Shown: positions 11,401-24,480 of the stretch, piece by piece
Layout of the letters: the number at the start of each line of letters is the position of its first letter
How positions within the stretch are numbered: the stretch's first letter is position 1
Assembly: GCF_036321535.1 (NCBI RefSeq)
Contig: NC_087436.1
Coordinates: 41,046,001-41,110,000, forward strand
DNA from: Camelus dromedarius
Taxonomy: Eukaryota
Direction: 5' to 3'
DNA length: 64,000 bases
Notes under the pieces: model-generated
What the model saw: the letters and a program-made list of their open reading frames with translations, nothing else
What the model was told of the DNA's origin: nothing
Databases searched by the model: none
Program-made: the position numbers and the translations under genes

Positions 11401-12449
11401 TTTCTTCTTGTTTTTTTAATCATACCAACAAACTAAATTTTAAAGCACTACTACAGTGAGATAATGTTCCAGATCACTCTGATTCCCTCAGGCCCTTGAA
11501 AGAAAATACAAAAATGTGTTTTTTATCACCAAGTACAACTTCATTAACTCTGCCAATGGACCAAACAACTATTTCAACTTTTAAAACCCTCTATTTTATA
11601 TAAGCTTTCAGATAGGCTATTGATATTATAACTGAGGATCATGCAATTCTTTAGCTAAGGTTTGGGGAAATATATATGATATAAAGTATGCAACTGAAAA
11701 CATGTAAGCTTCATGCAGCAAGTAAAAAGTAGTAATATATATGAGGTATAGCAGAAAACTTTACAATACTGTTCAAATAATTTTACAGTATTTAAATAGA
11801 ATGAAAATGGAGTTAGATAAAGAGATGACCGTGAGAATGTTGACACTGTCATGATTCAAGATACTCTAGATATGCAACTAGAGGAAATTAGCAAAGGTAA
11901 ACTTAGGGACATAAATGAAGAAAGCTATTGTGACAATAATAATGAAGATGTCCCAGAAGAACTGATGCTGCCCAAAAACTTCACAATGAAAGACCTCTCA
12001 GTAATATTTCATGACATTGGAAATTAAAAGGATGAAATATTAGAAACTGATCTAAATTTACAAAAGATTACAACAATTCACCGAGGCTTATTATCATAAA
12101 TTATATGGAAAGAAACTGAAGGCAAAAACATTTAATATGAAAAGTAATATGAAAGCTTTATTCTTTAATAAGCAATAAAACATTTTTTACTCAATGCTTC
12201 CGTTTAAAATGTTCTAAATAAATACTAGTTTTATAATTTTTCTTCATTACTCTATATGTGTAAAACAACAGTAAAAGCATTTTTCATGTTTTAACAAACA
12301 TTTGCTGAGGTCATGGAATAATCCCATTATCTGCCAGATACGATTGTTTGAAGAGATTATTCAAATGTCAGATTTCAGCAAGTTTGCTAATTATGAGTGA
12401 TATTTAAAAAGTGGAATCCTTTATGACAACAATAGTCTAATAATATTAG

Positions 12450-13110
12450 ATATCTGACAATGTCAGAAAAATTTTGTGTGCAGTGGTCTGGGTGAAAACT
12501 TTACAGTAGTTTAACAGATCATGGAAAGAGAAAAATGGAGAAAGTGCAAATAACTCATTTAGGTAACAGAGTTTTCAGGCAAAGGGGAGCAATTATTTTT
12601 GCTTTATCTTGTTTGTCTCACTCTAGGTTGATGGAAATGTTTTGAATGACAAACACTTGATGTAGAAGAGATAAGGTAGAATTGGTAGAGTGATGATCTA
12701 AGGTAGAGAAGCACAGTGGACTCCAAAGCACAAGTGAATAAATTGGTTTTGTTTAGGACGATAGATAGTTCATTTCTGCTAGAAGTGAAAGTGGAGAATA
12801 CCTGCTGGGTATTTGTGATAGAAGATTATCCAAACATTCTTTTCTCATTGCATCCATTTCCTCAGTAAAGAAGGAAATAAGACTGCTGAGTAAGTCTGGA
12901 AGCCCAGTGCTGGAGGTTGAGGAGGGAAGAAAAGTTGTGAAAAAGTCAAGCTGGAGTAAGAGACTGTCAGTGGATTACGTGTAGTAATGCAATTGTTTGA
13001 AGCTTTACGAGCCCACTTAATATCTATGGAGATGAGATAAATGTAAGATTTCAGCATGGTTGTTACCTTTTCTCTGCCCACGCTCTACTGTCCAGGTATA
13101 ATTATGAATT
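12450..13110 (-). mobile_element. L2 relic
   Basis: Purine-rich decayed L2 antisense motifs, e.g. GCATCCATTTCCTCAGTAAAGAAGGAAATAAGAC...GCTGAG. Confidence 0.55.
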
Positions 13111-16100
13111 ATGTCTGAAGGCTATAGTACTGTGTCTGGAAAGAAGTCCTGATATTTATATGGTGCTTACATGTATATGAAACAGTATTCTGTGGTTCAC
13201 ATTTTGATGTGGGTCCTGAGGAAGAAGGAAGAACCAAAAATACAAGAGCCACTGTCTCAGACTTCAAGGCATTTCAATTATCGTAACTAGGCAATGGGGC
13301 AGAGGGGTTTGTGCAGGAACTGGGAATAAAGGAAACCTATTATATTAGCTTTTGTTTTTTTGTTAAAAAAATTTGTGCATTGAGAGTAAAAATGTTAAGT
13401 TGCTTGTAGAAATGTTGAGTTGCTCAATAGAGCCTTGTAAACTGAAGCAATCATTAGACTATAGAAGATTATTTAACCACTGGAATAAAAGTGATAATCT
13501 AAGCCCTTTCAGTAGAATCACAAGAGGAGACACCATAATAAAACCTAAAAACACATGGCAGAAGACAGAAAAAACTATGAATAAAGCTTTTTTTTTGGCT
13601 CACTCCTTTCAAACAGCTAATATACACAGAATGATTAAACTTTATTCACACTCTGTTTAATTAAATATAAATATTCATTATAATATAATAAATATATATT
13701 TATATTTATTACAAATATAGACATTAAGCATATTATTTCAAAACCATATGCTTCATGCCTATATGATTCTGATGGCAAACAGAAATATCAGCTTTAAATT
13801 GAGTTGGTAGAAATTATTTCAGATAAAACATTTTTGGGTTTTTAATCTTACAAATCATTGTAAAATTTAAGATTTTTTTTCAGGGTCTTCCTCTCTGAGG
13901 CTAATACCACACATGTAGAGAATATATATAATTGAGTGTAGTGGTGGACAATGGACAGTGAGAAAGTCATTTGAAATCACTCAATTTCTAGATTAGGAAG
14001 TGGCTAGTGAGAGGCTTCAGGCAGAAGCTGGAGTGAGAGATGGAAAGAAAGCCATGTCAATTCTTGTCTACATATTAATTTTTCCTAAAACTCCCATGGC
14101 AGGTATTGACACATATATATCATTTCTACATATAAATTGAATAAATATTATAAGTTTGTTTATGTCTGATTCAAGATACTATGATTCAGCTAGAAACATA
14201 CACTTAGTATCTTTCAGTGCAATCCATAATGGCCATTCAAGACTGATTCAGTATCTCTCAGGTGATCACATTTCAGTCCATTGTCTTTAAATAAATCAGC
14301 ATCTCTCCTCAAATGGTGATAAGAGAAGTAGGAGAGAATAAAAACTAGAGGAGGAACAACACTTTCATGAACTCTCTGTAACTGCTCCCTCTCCAAATTC
14401 AGAATAGCATGCCACCTTGCCCATGGGAAACCCTAAGTAACTCTAAAAGACTGGAAAAATTGCATAGTACTTCTTCCCAAACTGCAACCATTAAGTTTAC
14501 ATTTCAGCAGCATATTTATTAAGTAAAAACTTAAATTTTATGATAAATGAAAATATACACAAGAAAGGTGCAATCATGTATAATATCAGGGTCAATCATC
14601 AAAACGTAGCTAATTAATGTTGAAGTTCTGTAAATTAATTTTAGATAAATTTATGATTTTCTCTAATTCTAAAACTGTTAAAAAATCATAATAATTCTAT
14701 ATATATCAAAGCAATTAAATATGTACAAGGCATCATTTTAGGTCATTTTTCTGACAGATTTCAGGTTTAAAACAGCAAGTTCTGTAACAAGAAAGTAGTG
14801 GTTATGAGGAATATGTAACTAATCTGAATTAAGAGGAATAGTAATATCAGAGGAACAAATATTTTTAATCACATTCTTCCTGTAACTCCAATTCAACTTA
14901 AAAATCTTTTTTTTTTTTTTTTGACTTTCATTTTAAATCTAGCATCACAGCTACATTCCAAGTATCTCCCAAGCAGATTGATTTTGAGTTTAGAATTCCA
15001 GGGAAAAGCCAAGGATGAGAAATCAATTGGCAGAGTATGGATTGACTACTGAAAATACAGGCCTTTGAAACTCCCATTTAAGGGTTTACAATTTGATATA
15101 ACATTGGTGTATTAACTAGGAGCCACTGAATTTTACCACCGTATGATCCATATTTTCAGAGAAAAGCCTAATGTATATTTTATTCAAATTTTAAAATTTG
15201 TTAAATAGGCATTTTAACTTTGAAAAGATGTATCATAAATCAAGATGTAATGAAGGATTTAAGAACCTTAGATTCATTACCAGCTTTTATAACGACTTGT
15301 GGTGCTTAAAACAGCCTTTTTTTCCTGCCTTTCTGTATTTCTTAAGAAGTATTTTGATTTAATAATTTTCAAGAATTATTACTATTTAATAAATTATATG
15401 CTAATTAAAACTTCATAGAAACAGTCGTAAAATCTCCTTTCTCCACTAGTAAAAGTAAAATTTTAACTAGTAATGTTAAAAACAACACTACAATGATACT
15501 ACCTTCAAAATATGTGCTTTTGAAGGCATGGAGACTAATTCATTCTAAGCATGAAAAGAGAATTTCAAAAAAGTCATATCCATTTGTTTTTCTCCTATTT
15601 CTGTTTATTATAACTAAGGTTGATATATTGCTTAGAGCTACTATTAATATTAAATATTTGATGGATTACATTAGGCTAACCCTCTCTGAATTCAATCATT
15701 CTTTCTTAGAGTAGAGTAGAAATGACTTGACAGTTTACTCTTAGAAAAGGAACTAAAAACACCATGCAATATGAACTTACTTTTAAGGGAAAAATCCCAT
15801 TTGTAGGGTCAATATGCATTACTGTATTTTTTCCTTAAAGATTTTACCAGCTACTGCTCTGCTGAACTTGGGCATATATATTAATATACACAAAAGTTGA
15901 AAGAGCATAAATAAATGGATATATTTGTGAGAAGTAGTGTTTAATTATCTAAATAGAGTGTCTCTTTCTATACATTTAATCAAAGGTATTTTATTCTCTA
16001 AATACATAAGATTTTTCTTTCGGTTTCTTAATTATGCATGTTAATTATAATTTCAAAAAACTGTATTTTTAAATTATGTAAATTTAGAAGAGATTCAACT

Positions 16101-16159
16101 CATCATGAAAATTTTATTGACAGTTTCTTCAACTGTTTGATCTTTACACATTAACTGTA

Positions 16160-16232
16160 TTACATATATATATATATATATACTTGGTTTTCATATACAA
16201 CTTTATACATATATGTAATATATATATATATG
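16160..16232. repeat. (TA)n / AT-rich simple repeat
   Basis: Two TATATA runs visible directly. Confidence 0.85.
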
Positions 16233-16494
16233 ATTTTCATTTATCTATGATCACCTAGTTCATACTCTTTATATCCTTTCCTCCCAAAAGGTAAAATTAA
16301 TTATGTGAAAATAAATATAATATAAAGATATATTCACTGGGGAAAATACTTGGAACATACATTGGAAAGGGACATATATTCTTATATTTTCAAAAATGAA
16401 AGTATAGCAAAGATTATTACAAACACAAATCAAAATAACCACCAAAAATGATTACTAGTATTTTCCCTGTTAGTTACTGTTCATCTGATTAAAC

Positions 16495-16650
16495 AGAACT
16501 GTGTCTGAAATTTGGCTCCAAGACTTAATAATATGTCGACTACTAAATTACATAATACTTCTAAGCTTTAGCTTTCATGTGTAAAAATGGTGATAATGAT
16601 ACTGCCACCTATGACTGTTGTTAAGATTATGTAAAAACTGTAAGAGCTAT
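16495..16650 (+). mobile_element. MIR SINE relic
   Basis: Core-like TTTCATGTGTAAAAATGGTGATAATGATACTGCCACCTATGACTGTTGTTAAGATTA. Confidence 0.6.
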
Positions 16651-18535
16651 AATTGTAAGAGCAGTAAGTATTTTTTTTTATTCTTTAGATTGAGCCTACG
16701 TTCTGGGTAGGAGCTATAGCTGTATTCTAAATATTTTCTATATAAAAGATTCCATATAGAATTAAAATTATTCATCAAAACAATTTAAAGCATCTTAATA
16801 TAATAATATTGCCATTTGATTTTAAGAACCATTATATCAACAATATTGCCCAAAACACTTTTGATATTCTTCCAATATTTTAAACAATATGCATAAGCAT
16901 TTTTAAATAATCACTGACAATTTGACTGATGAAACCTTTAAATTTTGTTGGTGCTTCTAACTTTTTAAGGGTTTATTTGCTATTTGTATGTTTCTTTTGA
17001 TGATATATCTGTCAAAATTTTGATCTATTCTTCTACTGAAGTGCTAACTTTCTATTGATTTATTAAATGCATATTATTTTGTGTTAGTATTGACTATAAG
17101 TCTCATTTGAATATACTTTCCCAGCTGAGGACTTTGAAAGTATATGGCAGCCAGCAGATCAATGAAGAACAGGGAACCTACAGTGAATGTGCGCATACAG
17201 AATTTGAAGTATCATCAAACCTGCAGTGGATTTAACACTTTTTCAGCTCGTGTATTATTCAGCCTAAACTTAATGAAGTTGAAACCTAAGAATAAAGCTG
17301 TGACACAGAGACCATAGAATCACTCTAACTTTTTTCTTTTCTTTTCTCTATTTCTGGAAAAACCAAGTTCCACATTTAATGTAAAAATAAATGAATGAAT
17401 GAATGAATACCTTAATGTTGGGATGGTGGCTACAACAGATTGTATACAAAATAATATATGATTTTGAAGTGTTTTAATGCTGAAATTTAAAGATTATTTA
17501 TGTTGCTAGTTTGTGTTTTGTATTTATATTAACAGTATTTATTATTTGTATTTTAAAATAATACAATATTCTAACTAATCCAAACTAATTATAAAATTTG
17601 AAATACATACTAAGCTTTAATGAAGTATTGCTTTAAAAATATTTATCTTTATCCACTACTGAAAGCTTATTATTCATTCACCTCAAAATGCCTTTTGATA
17701 ATGGGACATTCAGGACTTTAGCAGTATAGCAGGTTGATGATACTTACTAGATAGTTCTAGATGCTTCATCTAGAAGTTCTAGATTCTTAATTAACCTATA
17801 CATGAGATAGAACGCTTTAGCCTCAACTGGGGTATAAGAGGGCCAAAAGTCCTTCTTTATTTGCAGTGTAATTTTATTTGATATAAATTACTCAAAAAAT
17901 TCTGACAATATCTTCATTACCAGAATGAGTGATAAACATCACATGCCTGAATAACATATAAAGAAAGCCTTACTCTTAAATTATGTTAATTCCTTTATAG
18001 AAAAAAAAAAACGCATTGGAAAACAGTCTTCAGTCTAGCCTAAATGAGCCTATGTATTTTCATTAAATAATTCTCTTGCTTGTCTTTCAAGGTATGCTTC
18101 ATTTTGGCAATTTATAAGTTTAGTAACTTTGTCAAGCCAATGAAACATATATTCTCCTTTACCATCCTATGATATGGCTTATACCACCAGATTTTTATTC
18201 TCAATTATTTTCTACTCTAATATTCTCCTTCAATACTCCCATGGAGCATAAATTGCTTTGGAGACACTTCTTAGTAATCCCTCCTTCCATTATCTTATTT
18301 GATTTAAATTCATTTCAACTAGATTTATTTCGATCAGTATATGTTATACAAGTGTTACATGGCATAACAACTGGCATGAGGGATGCACAGATGGACAAAA
18401 TATGAAACATGTTTACAAGTAATGTAGTTCACAAAATAATGAAATATTTCCCAAGCATTTGGCACCCAAGGAGCTCTTAATGCGTGTTTGTGCTCAGATA
18501 AGTCACATACTTTATATCATTTAAAAACAAGTTGA

Positions 18536-18643
18536 GTTTGTATATGTCCATGAATAACTGAAAAATTGTGCTGAACACTGGAATTTGACACAACATTGTA
18601 AAATGATTATAAATCAATAAAAAATGTTAAAAAATAAATAAAT
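18536..18643 (+). mobile_element. Young 5'-truncated L1 3' end (same family as 61-257)
   Basis: Perfect 13-bp TSD AAAAACAAGTTGA (18523-18535, 18644-18656) preceded by TT; AATAAA and an A-rich tail. Confidence 0.9.
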
Positions 18644-20667
18644 AAAAACAAGTTGAAGAATAAAACATGCTGTTTAAAATGAATAGCAGATTTCAATTGG
18701 TAAGAGGAGTACTGTTTGCAATTCCCTAGCAGAAAAAGTGATTCTGAATCAAAGGAGAGAAAACAAGATTCAAAAGCTGGACTTCATAATCATTGGCTCT
18801 CATTTCTTATTCATTTCTCTTAAGCTCTCCCACAATTATAAGTCATTGAAAATAGCAACAAATGTTGGAAGACCATCACAATTTTGTTGTATTGAATATA
18901 AACTGAAAAATTATAGACAGATTTCTAACTGCAGACTAAGCCTAACACTATTTTTAGAAACTCAACAAATGAAGGTATGTTGGAAGATTAAATATTACAA
19001 TTTAAGGGGCAGTGACAGATTCCTACTTCAATCTTTATTTAATTGTCTCTGTGTTATTACTTTATTAAAAACCCATGGGGTTATTTAAATATATGTGTTC
19101 AAATACGCTTAAATACCATCAAGTCATCTTTCTTATAAGTACAATCACAATATTGAGAAAAAGTTAAATTTCACTACTTGAACTATTTATACATAATTAT
19201 TTCTTACAAGATTATATATCTTCTTCTCAATCTCAAAAATATGACAATTTTGACCTGAATGTTATACATCTCTTTTCATGAGAATTCCAATCCTGACTAT
19301 ATCCCATATATATCACTTGAGCAAACAATTGAAAGGATACCCTTTATTGGCAATAATCTGGCATTAAAAAATACTTGCATTTTATGTAGTAAAGGTATCC
19401 CTGACACTTGGTCTCTGTGACTAAAGCTTTTACTGAATAATCAATATATACTAGATCCTACAGAATCTGTAAAAAATTATATCATGGTGGAACAAATTAT
19501 TATGAACAAATGCAATAAATATTCTGTAACATAGTACTTCAGATATAATTAGAATTATAATCTAGCATGTCTCCTTCACCTGTGTGCTGCATATGTTCCA
19601 AAATCTATTTCTTACAATGTAGATCATTGGTTCAGTAAAAGTGTGTATCTTTTAGACTCTCCACTTGATACACATTCACAGTGTGTATGTAATATTCAAA
19701 AATGTCAGCAGTTTAAAAATGTTGCTAATAACTCAATCTATTTTCAAACTATCAGATTTACAATTAATTTTATAGATGAATTTACCTATCAAATACCAGA
19801 ACACCAACATATAAAAAAAATTTTAATTGTAAAAGAAATACTTGAAAGAAACAATTCTAATCAGAAACTCTACACATCAATAACATACTAGAAAAGATTA
19901 ATTACACTTTGGGTTGCTTCCTCTTACACTTCCACCCATGGCTCACTATGACTGACTTTTCATTTCACTCAAACAATTTCATATAATTGACGGAATTTAA
20001 TTCCTGTATGCTAAAATTTCATGACCTGAAAATGTTTATTATCATTTGAATTTAAATGGGGTCATTACATTACAGTTTTCTAGTGGTCAGCTATGAAATC
20101 ATGAAGATATTCCCTACTCTCCAAATCCTGGATTCTATTTTATTCTATTGCTACATATGTATTTTTCCTATTTAAAAAAAAATTTTTTTATATTTAAGCT
20201 ATTCAGACTACTTTAAGTCAATCATCTTATCTTATTTATTAGTAATAAATTAGTAGTATCACTGAGAAAGACTATCTGAGATAGTCAGTAAAATAAATTT
20301 TTTAAGTCAAATTTACAGTAGTTTTAATATGAATTATGGACTTCAAAAAAGATAATCATCTTGTATAATTTTATAGTGAAGATGAAAACCAATAATATTT
20401 CAAATTTAATCATTTTCTAGTCATTAGTTCAATTACTTCAAAAAGCATGTGGAAAATAAAGGTCAACATTTTCTCTAATTAACAGACTTCAGAAGTGAGA
20501 GTAAAATTTTTAAAAATATATATTCCTAGGAGGCTCTGTAAGCAAATTTATGATAAAAGAAAGATAAAAATTAAGTGAAACACTGAAAAAAATACAGTCT
20601 AATACAATTTCTTAGTTTGGAGAAATTTATTTTTCTGTTTGAAAAAAATCATTGACCATTAACAATG

Positions 20668-23490
20668 GATTTTTCTTTTTGTAATTTACATATTTCTAAG
20701 TTGTAGCCTTTCTTTTCCACACAGAGAAGTTCCTAGCAATTAAATCACAATAGAAAAGAGCAAAAGAAACAAAAAGAAACAAAAAAGAACTACAAAAACC
20801 ACCCTAACACAGTCAACAAAATGCCCAAACAGTACATACCTATCAATAATTACTTTAAATGTACATGGACTAAATATAAATGCTACAGTCAAAATGTATA
20901 GAGTGGCTGAATGGATATAAAGACAAGACCCATATATACATTACCTAGAAAAGTCTCACTTCAGATCTAAAGACACATATAAAATAAAAGTGAAAGTATA
21001 GAAAAAGGTATTCCATGCAAATAGAAATTTCAAAAAAGCTGGCGTAGCAATACTTATATAAGAGAAATAGACATTAAAACAAAGATATTAAAACAAAGGA
21101 ATAGATATTAAAACAAGAGACAAAGAAGGATATTACATAATGGAAAAGGCATCAATCCAAGAAGAAGATATAGAAATTATAAATATGCATGCACCCAACA
21201 AAGGAGCACCTACATGCATAAAGCAAATACTACTAGTAGACATAAGCAAAGAAATTAGAAGTAACATAATAATACTAGGGGACTATAGCGCTTACAACAG
21301 ACAGATCATCAAGAAAGAAAATCAATAAGCCCACAGTTATCATCATACTCAAAGGTGAAAAGCTAAAAGCATTTCTTCTAAGATCAGGAGTAAGAAAAAG
21401 ATGCCCACTCTCACCTCCTTTATTCAACATAATATTGGGAAGTCCTAGCCAAAGCAATCAGACAAAAAAGAACATTAAAGGAATCCGACTGGAAAGGAGG
21501 AAGTAAAACTGTCAACTGTCACTGCTTGCAGATTATATGATACTATACACAGAAAATTCTAAAGATGCCACCAAAAACTATTAAAACTTATAAATGAATT
21601 CAGTAAAATTGCAGGATACAAAATTAATATATAGACATCTGTTGTGTTTCTATATGCTAACAACAACAAACTATTAGAGAAATTAAGAAAACTCTCACAT
21701 GTATAAGTCCATTAAAAATAATAAAATACCTAGGAATAAATCTAGCTAAGGAGGTAAAAGTACTATACTTGGAAAACCGTGAGACACTGATGATAGAAAT
21801 TGAAGATGACCTAACAGATGGAAAGTTGTACTGTAAAGTGTTCATAGATTGAAAGAATTAATATTGTTAAAATGAACATACTACCCAATGCAACCTATAG
21901 ATACAGTGAAGCCCCTAAAAATACAAATGATTTTCCACAAAAATAGAACAAATAATTTTAAAATTTATATGGAAACACAAAAGATCCTGAATTGCCAAAG
22001 CCGTTTCTCAATCTTGAGAAAGAAGGACAGAGCTGAAGTTATCATACACCCTGACTTTAGAGTACAAAGCTAAAGTAATCAAAACAGCACAATACTGGCA
22101 TAAAAACAGACACGTACGTCAATGAAACAGAATAGAGCACCCAGATATAAACCCAAGTACTCATGGTCAACTAATCTACAACAAAGGAGGCAAACATATG
22201 CAATGGGGATAAGACAATCTCTTCAATAAGAGGTGCTGGGAAAACTAGACAGTTACATGTAAAAAAAATGAAATTATAACATTTTCCCACACCATATACA
22301 AAAATAAACTCAAAATAGATTAAAGACCTAAGTATAAGACTGGAAATCATAAAACTCCTAGATGAAAACATAGGCAGAATACTTTTTGACACAAATCATA
22401 GCAATTTTTTTTTTTTTTGGATCTGTCTCCTAAGGCAAGGGAAACAAAAGAAAAAACAAACAAATGGGACCTGGCTTTTGCACAGCACAGAGTACCAATG
22501 ACAAAATGATAAGGCAGCCTACAAAATGGGAAAGAATATTTGCAAATGATATGACCAATATAGGGTTAATATCCAAAATATACAAACAACACATACAACT
22601 CAATATAAAAAAACACAAAACCTAAATAAAAAATTGGCAGAAGATCTGACTAGATGTTCCAGTAAAGGCATACAGATGGCCAATAGGCATCAAAGTAATG
22701 CAAATCAAAACCTCCATGAGATATCACCTCACATCTGTGAGAAAGGTTATCATCAAAAAGACCACAAATAAATATTGGCAAGGATGTGTAGTAAAATGAA
22801 CCCTTTTACACTGTTGGTGGGAATGTAAATTGGTGCAACCACTATGAAAAACTTTATGGAATTTCCTTAGTAAGGTACAATTAGAATTACCACATTTATC
22901 TACCAACTCCACTCTGGAAAATATGAAAACCCTAATTCAAAAAGATACATGCACCCGTGTTCACTGCAGCACTGTTTACAGTAGCTAAGATACAGAAGCA
23001 ACTTAAGCATCTATTAACATATGAATGGATAATGAATATGTATATATATTTACAGTGAACTATTATTTGGCCATAAAAAAGAATGAAATCCTGCCATCTG
23101 CATCAACGTGGATAGACCTAGAGAAAATTACACTTAGTGAAATAAGTCAGACAGAGAAAGCCAACTACCATCTACTATCATTTATAAGTGAAATCTGAAA
23201 AATAAAACAAAAAAATGAATGTAACAAAAAAGAAACCGATACAGAGAACAGACTAGCAGTTATCAGTGGGAAAAGCAATGGAGGGAGGGGTGAGACAGGG
23301 GTAGGGATTAAGAGGTACAAACTGCTCTGCATGAAATAAATAAGCTACAATGATAAATTGTATAGCAAAGAGAAATAGCCAATTTTTATAATAATTTTTC
23401 ATGGAATATAATCTATAAAAAAATTTAAATCATTATGTTGTATACCTGAAACTAATATATTGTAAATCAACTATACCTCAATTAAAATAA
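20668..23490 (+). mobile_element. Artiodactyl-type L1, 5'-inverted (20668-20734 antisense), internal ORF2 deletion at ~21329
   Basis: ORF2 EN start (TYLSIITLNV) ~20830, jump from DRSSRKKINK to KPTVIIILKGEKLKAF, then RT/C-terminus and 3' UTR ending AACTATACCTCAATTAAAA. Confidence 0.9.
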
Positions 23491-23579
23491 CAAAATAATA
23501 ATAATATAAAGTAAGTTAGAAAAAACATTTTTTGGAATGTAGTATAGAATAATCAGTTGAAAACATACTTTTCACTTGA

Positions 23580-24480
23580 TTTCTTAGTTTCTGGAGATCT
23601 ATCATTTTCTTTTTGTGGTACAGTGTTAATGTGGTTCTTCATGTTTTGATGAGTTCTTCCTCTGTTGTTATATTTAAAGAAGCAAACACCTGTTTGATTC
23701 TAAGATTTAACAGGTTAGAATATAGAGACTTTTTTTGTTGTCTAGGAGGTGATGATATAGCACAGTTATTTGTTTTCTCTTATCTTGAGCTGCCTTTTGG
23801 TGTATTTGAGAGGCTGTTTTTCCCACCCTCTACCTCATCTGTCAGAGATGTGACCCTATGCCTCCGTTATCACTTCTTGTGCCTCTGGAGTCTTTGGTGC
23901 CTGGCCTCTGCCAGTGTTGCTAATATTGCTGCGATGAGGGGAGGTGGGGGATGGCTCTTCCCTGGAGTCTGGGAGCTCCTGAATCATAGATTCCCATGAC
24001 TCATGGTGGGGGAAGGAAGTGAGGATCCAGGGCTGTGAGGGTGCCTCTGCTATGTCCAGTGTTATAAGGCTGGTGGGCTATGCCACTGCAGATGGAGGAG
24101 CCTGGGAACAGAGTCATGAGTACCTTAGCATCTGGAGGGATGGAGCCCCAGGCCCCACTACCACTGCTGCCCAGATGCCACCGTGGCCAGGAGGCTAGAG
24201 TTACGTGCACCTCCTCCCCTGCTACTGCTGAGTTTTCTGGAGCTGTGGGCCCCGCTGCTGCAGCCTGGGAGCTGAGACTGCAAGCACCACATCTGCTGTT
24301 TCCTCTGTTCTGTCTCCTCTATGAATTCCAGTCCATCCACCTGCAGATGTACAGATGTGTGGAATTCTCCAGAATCCTAGCATGGTGGGCAAAGGCACCT
24401 ATGCTGCATGTTTTACTGGTTGTAGATTGAAAGAGAGAGACAAACGTAGCTTTTAATTTCACCATGTTGCTTTTGTTACA
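23580..24480 (-). mobile_element. L1 5' UTR / ORF1-start fragment
   Basis: GC-richer block with an L1 5'-terminal-like motif (GAGAGAGACAAA...CACCATG) and antisense ORF1-start-like sequence at the left. Confidence 0.65.

Larger units (their letters stand above)
8535..12350 (+). mobile_element. Fossil pogo/Tigger DNA transposon with transposase, interrupted (pieces 8535-8824, 9378-9567, 11421-12350)
   Basis: Collinear motifs: KGWFHHFK..LRNIKL, KDILTLLLGG | GDFKLKPL..ETLRALK..PIIWLSNK..FQHWF..FCP..VERY | NKLNFKALLQ*DNVPDH..VFLSPSTTSLTLPMDQ..ISTFK, then an acidic C-terminal region. Confidence 0.85.

Noticed and set aside
14214..14396. 60-aa minus-strand ORF with an upstream pyrimidine tract
   Set aside because: No recognisable protein and no convincing splice-site pair.
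19208..19357. 150-nt minus-strand AG...GTAAG exon-like interval
   Set aside because: Stops in all three frames and no recognisable peptide.
23613..24430. GC-richer block with 116-128 aa ORFs as a gene or promoter
   Set aside because: Explained by an antisense L1 5' UTR fragment; CpG-depleted.
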